Positions 62,050 through 64,000 of a stretch of DNA of 64,000 nt are shown piece after piece. Each line of letters opens with the position of its first letter. Within the stretch, counting starts at the first letter, position 1. The translations under genes were made by a program, and so were the position numbers. Under the pieces are notes generated by a model. It saw only the letters and a program-made list of their open reading frames with translations. It ran no database searches and was not told the DNA's origin. This DNA comes from Erysipelotrichaceae bacterium (lineage in GTDB: Bacteria > Bacillota_I > Bacilli_A > Erysipelotrichales > Erysipelotrichaceae), in assembly GCA_030536265.1 (NCBI GenBank), contig JAUNQJ010000001.1, positions 903-64,902 on the forward strand, read 5' to 3'.

Positions 62050-62061
62050 TTTCCACGTTTT
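62036..62061. terminator. Bidirectional terminator (FNT gene on + / oxidoreductase gene on -)
   Basis: Ten-bp stem aaaacgtgga/tccacgtttt with loop ttaatt. Confidence 0.75.
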
Positions 62062-62065
62062 TATT

Positions 62066-63034
62066 TTATTCAAATGGATATTTAAGACCCCAATCTTTTC
62101 TAATGTTATCCATAAGTTCCATAATTTTAATTGTTTCATCAAGAGGCATAGAATATGATTCGATTCTTCCTTCTTCTATACATTTTTTTGCTTCCAATAC
62201 TTCGTATTCATAGCCAGTAATTTGATTAGGAATTTCAACTTCTTTTATGAAGTTATCATCCGGATCATAAACTTTTACTGAGAATGGATTATTAATATTT
62301 TCAATCACGATATATCCTTTATCTCCAGATACAATTCCTTTTCTTGAACCTCTAACATACATGCTATGAGTAACTGTAGCCATAACCTTATTTGGATACA
62401 TTAATGTAATTGTTTCATTTCCATCAACTCCTGTATCAGTTAATTGCATAGATGTTGTGTATCCTTCAATGTCATCACCCATAATCATAGATGCAAAATT
62501 AATACCATATACTCCTAAATCAAGAAGTGAACCACCTGCTAAGTTTGGATCAACCAGCCTAGGTTTAAAAGTTATTGGATAACTTAAATCTCCAGTAATA
62601 AATTTAACATCGCCTATTATTCCACTTTTAATAGTCTCGTTAATCAATGACCTAGAAGGCATATATCTAGTCCAAATAGCTTCAGTAACAAATACATTAT
62701 TTTCTTTTGCGAGTCTTTTAATTTCTTTTGCTTGATTTGCATTTACAGTAAAAGCTTTTTCGCAAAGTACAGGCTTATGATTTTTGATACATAATTTCAT
62801 ATCTTCATAGTGTCTAGAATGTGGAGTGGCAATATATATTAGTTCCACTTCTGGATCTGCCACAAGTTCTTCGTAACTTCCATAAGCTTTTTTAAACCCA
62901 AATTTATTCTTGAAATCTTCTGCTTTCGATAATGTTCTAGAAGCTATTGCGTAGCATTCAGCCTCTTCCATCCCGTTGATTGTGTTAGCCATAATTTCAG
63001 CTATTGCGCCTGCGCCTAATATTCCTACTTTCAT
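62066..63034 (-). CDS. Gfo/Idh/MocA family NAD(P)-dependent oxidoreductase
   Basis: 322 aa with an N-terminal Rossmann fold (MKVGILGAGAIA) and an EKP-like motif (LCEKAF). Confidence 0.85.
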   Translation of the reverse strand: MKVGILGAGAIAEIMANTINGMEEAECYAIASRTLSKAEDFKNKFGFKKAYGSYEELVADPEVELIYIATPHSRHYEDMKLCIKNHKPVLCEKAFTVNANQAKEIKRLAKENNVFVTEAIWTRYMPSRSLINETIKSGIIGDVKFITGDLSYPITFKPRLVDPNLAGGSLLDLGVYGINFASMIMGDDIEGYTTSMQLTDTGVDGNETITLMYPNKVMATVTHSMYVRGSRKGIVSGDKGYIVIENINNPFSVKVYDPDDNFIKEVEIPNQITGYEYEVLEAKKCIEEGRIESYSMPLDETIKIMELMDNIRKDWGLKYPFE

Positions 63035-63044
63035 ATTTTTCTCC

Positions 63045-64000
63045 TTACTTTACGATAATGTTTTTGTCGTATTTAGTTAATATATTTGTATATCTGTCGA
63101 TATAATCTTGTTTATTAGTTAATTGATCATCTGTTAAATCTCTATATAAATAAACTTTGTGTTTATCATTTAAAACAGTGTAAATTAGATCGCATTTTAC
63201 ATTTTTTATTTCAACGTTTGAATTATCGCCATCAATAGTTTTGATAATATCAACAGAAGTTAAACAAGAACTTAAATTATCATTATCGAAATATTGATTA
63301 GAATACAAATTGCCTAAAGAATAGATTACTAATGTATCATCTATCCATTCGATTGGTTGTAATACATGAGGATGAGTACCAATTACTATATCTACATCCA
63401 AATCAGCTAAAAACTTAGCGTATTCTCTTTGATAACCTGTTTCTTCAACAGTATTTTCTTCACCCCAATGCATTGCTACCATTAATAAATCAACTTTATC
63501 TCTATACTTTTTAACATCTTCCTCTATTAATTCTTTGTTAATAAAATTTATTAAACAATCATCTTCTTGTGTTGGTGAACCCACATTAGAACCATAAGTA
63601 TATGAAAGAAGCGTATAAGTAATTCCATTTACTTCTTTAATAACAACGTTGTCTCTATCTTCATTCGATTTGTAAGAACCTGCGGCTAAAACATTTTTAT
63701 GATTTAAGAAATAATTTCTTTGCGAAATCGCTAATTCATTTCCATATTTTCCATAATAATCAAGTAAGTGATTGCTTGCTAAAGAAACAAGATTAAAACC
63801 ACAGTCAATTAATGCGTCGCCCACCTCTTGAGGCGTATTAAAAACAGGATATCCTGATATTTCATAATCACTTCCACCAAGAACAGTTTCTTGATTATAA
63901 TATGCTAAATCATAATCTTTTACTATCTTTTTTATTTCAGAAAATGGATAAGTAAAATCATAGCCATCTTCCGTTTTATTATCCAAATACACTGATTCAT
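63045..64000 (-). CDS. CapA/PGA_cap family metallophosphatase-like protein; N-terminus lies beyond the window end
   Basis: The motifs LASNHLLDYG, AMHWGEE and IGTHPHVLQP are present. The reading frame stays open upstream of the GTG at 63992 to the window edge. Confidence 0.75.
   Translation of the reverse strand, partial: ESVYLDNKTEDGYDFTYPFSEIKKIVKDYDLAYYNQETVLGGSDYEISGYPVFNTPQEVGDALIDCGFNLVSLASNHLLDYYGKYGNELAISQRNYFLNHKNVLAAGSYKSNEDRDNVVIKEVNGITYTLLSYTYGSNVGSPTQEDDCLINFINKELIEEDVKKYRDKVDLLMVAMHWGEENTVEETGYQREYAKFLADLDVDIVIGTHPHVLQPIEWIDDTLVIYSLGNLYSNQYFDNDNLSSCLTSVDIIKTIDGDNSNVEIKNVKCDLIYTVLNDKHKVYLYRDLTDDQLTNKQDYIDRYTNILTKYDKNIIVK

Overview
This is a 64-kb, very AT-rich (about 30% GC by eye) chromosomal segment from a polC-type, Gram-positive-lineage anaerobe (Bacillota; the compact organisation looks Erysipelotrichia/Mollicutes-like). 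It uses the standard genetic code: Trp is encoded by UGG and the tRNA-Trp anticodon is CCA. I support about 59 tightly packed protein genes, roughly 85% on the minus strand, plus three single tRNA genes and one THF riboswitch.

Most of the content is core housekeeping:
- rlmCD-like (partial), gatCAB, ligA and fakA
- a complete F1Fo ATP synthase operon (atpIBEFHAGDC)
- ppdK
- rimP-nusA-ylxR-infB-rbfA
- pepT, polC, rnc and recG
- a trimeric HydABC-type [FeFe] hydrogenase
- murD, htrA and an EF-G II paralog
- a folate/one-carbon cluster: THF riboswitch-folT-folC, divergent from fhs-fchA-folD-FNT channel

I see no CRISPR array, transposase, integrase, phage genes or recognisable defence system. 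Much of the window is ordinary core genome.

The features that look under-described are:
1. A Crp-family regulator with a CRP-like recognition helix. A perfect TGTGA-N6-TCACA box sits at class II spacing in its divergent promoter, and a second near-perfect box lies upstream of hydCBA. Together they tie an ATPase-less ABC importer and the hydrogenase into one candidate regulon.
2. An ankyrin-repeat protein co-operonic with EF-G II, preceded by a promoter, a 21-codon uORF and an intrinsic terminator (attenuator-like leader).
3. A P-loop (AAA_28/NadR-kinase-like) protein fused to an apparently degenerate CYTH domain. Its gene overlaps a Nudix hydrolase gene, and the pair is inserted between polC and rimP.
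4. MurD fused in frame to a roughly 180-aa six-helix membrane domain.
5. An F-ATPase c-subunit with a two-carboxylate, Na+-type ion-site motif.

All functional calls rest on motif recognition by eye. No database search was run.
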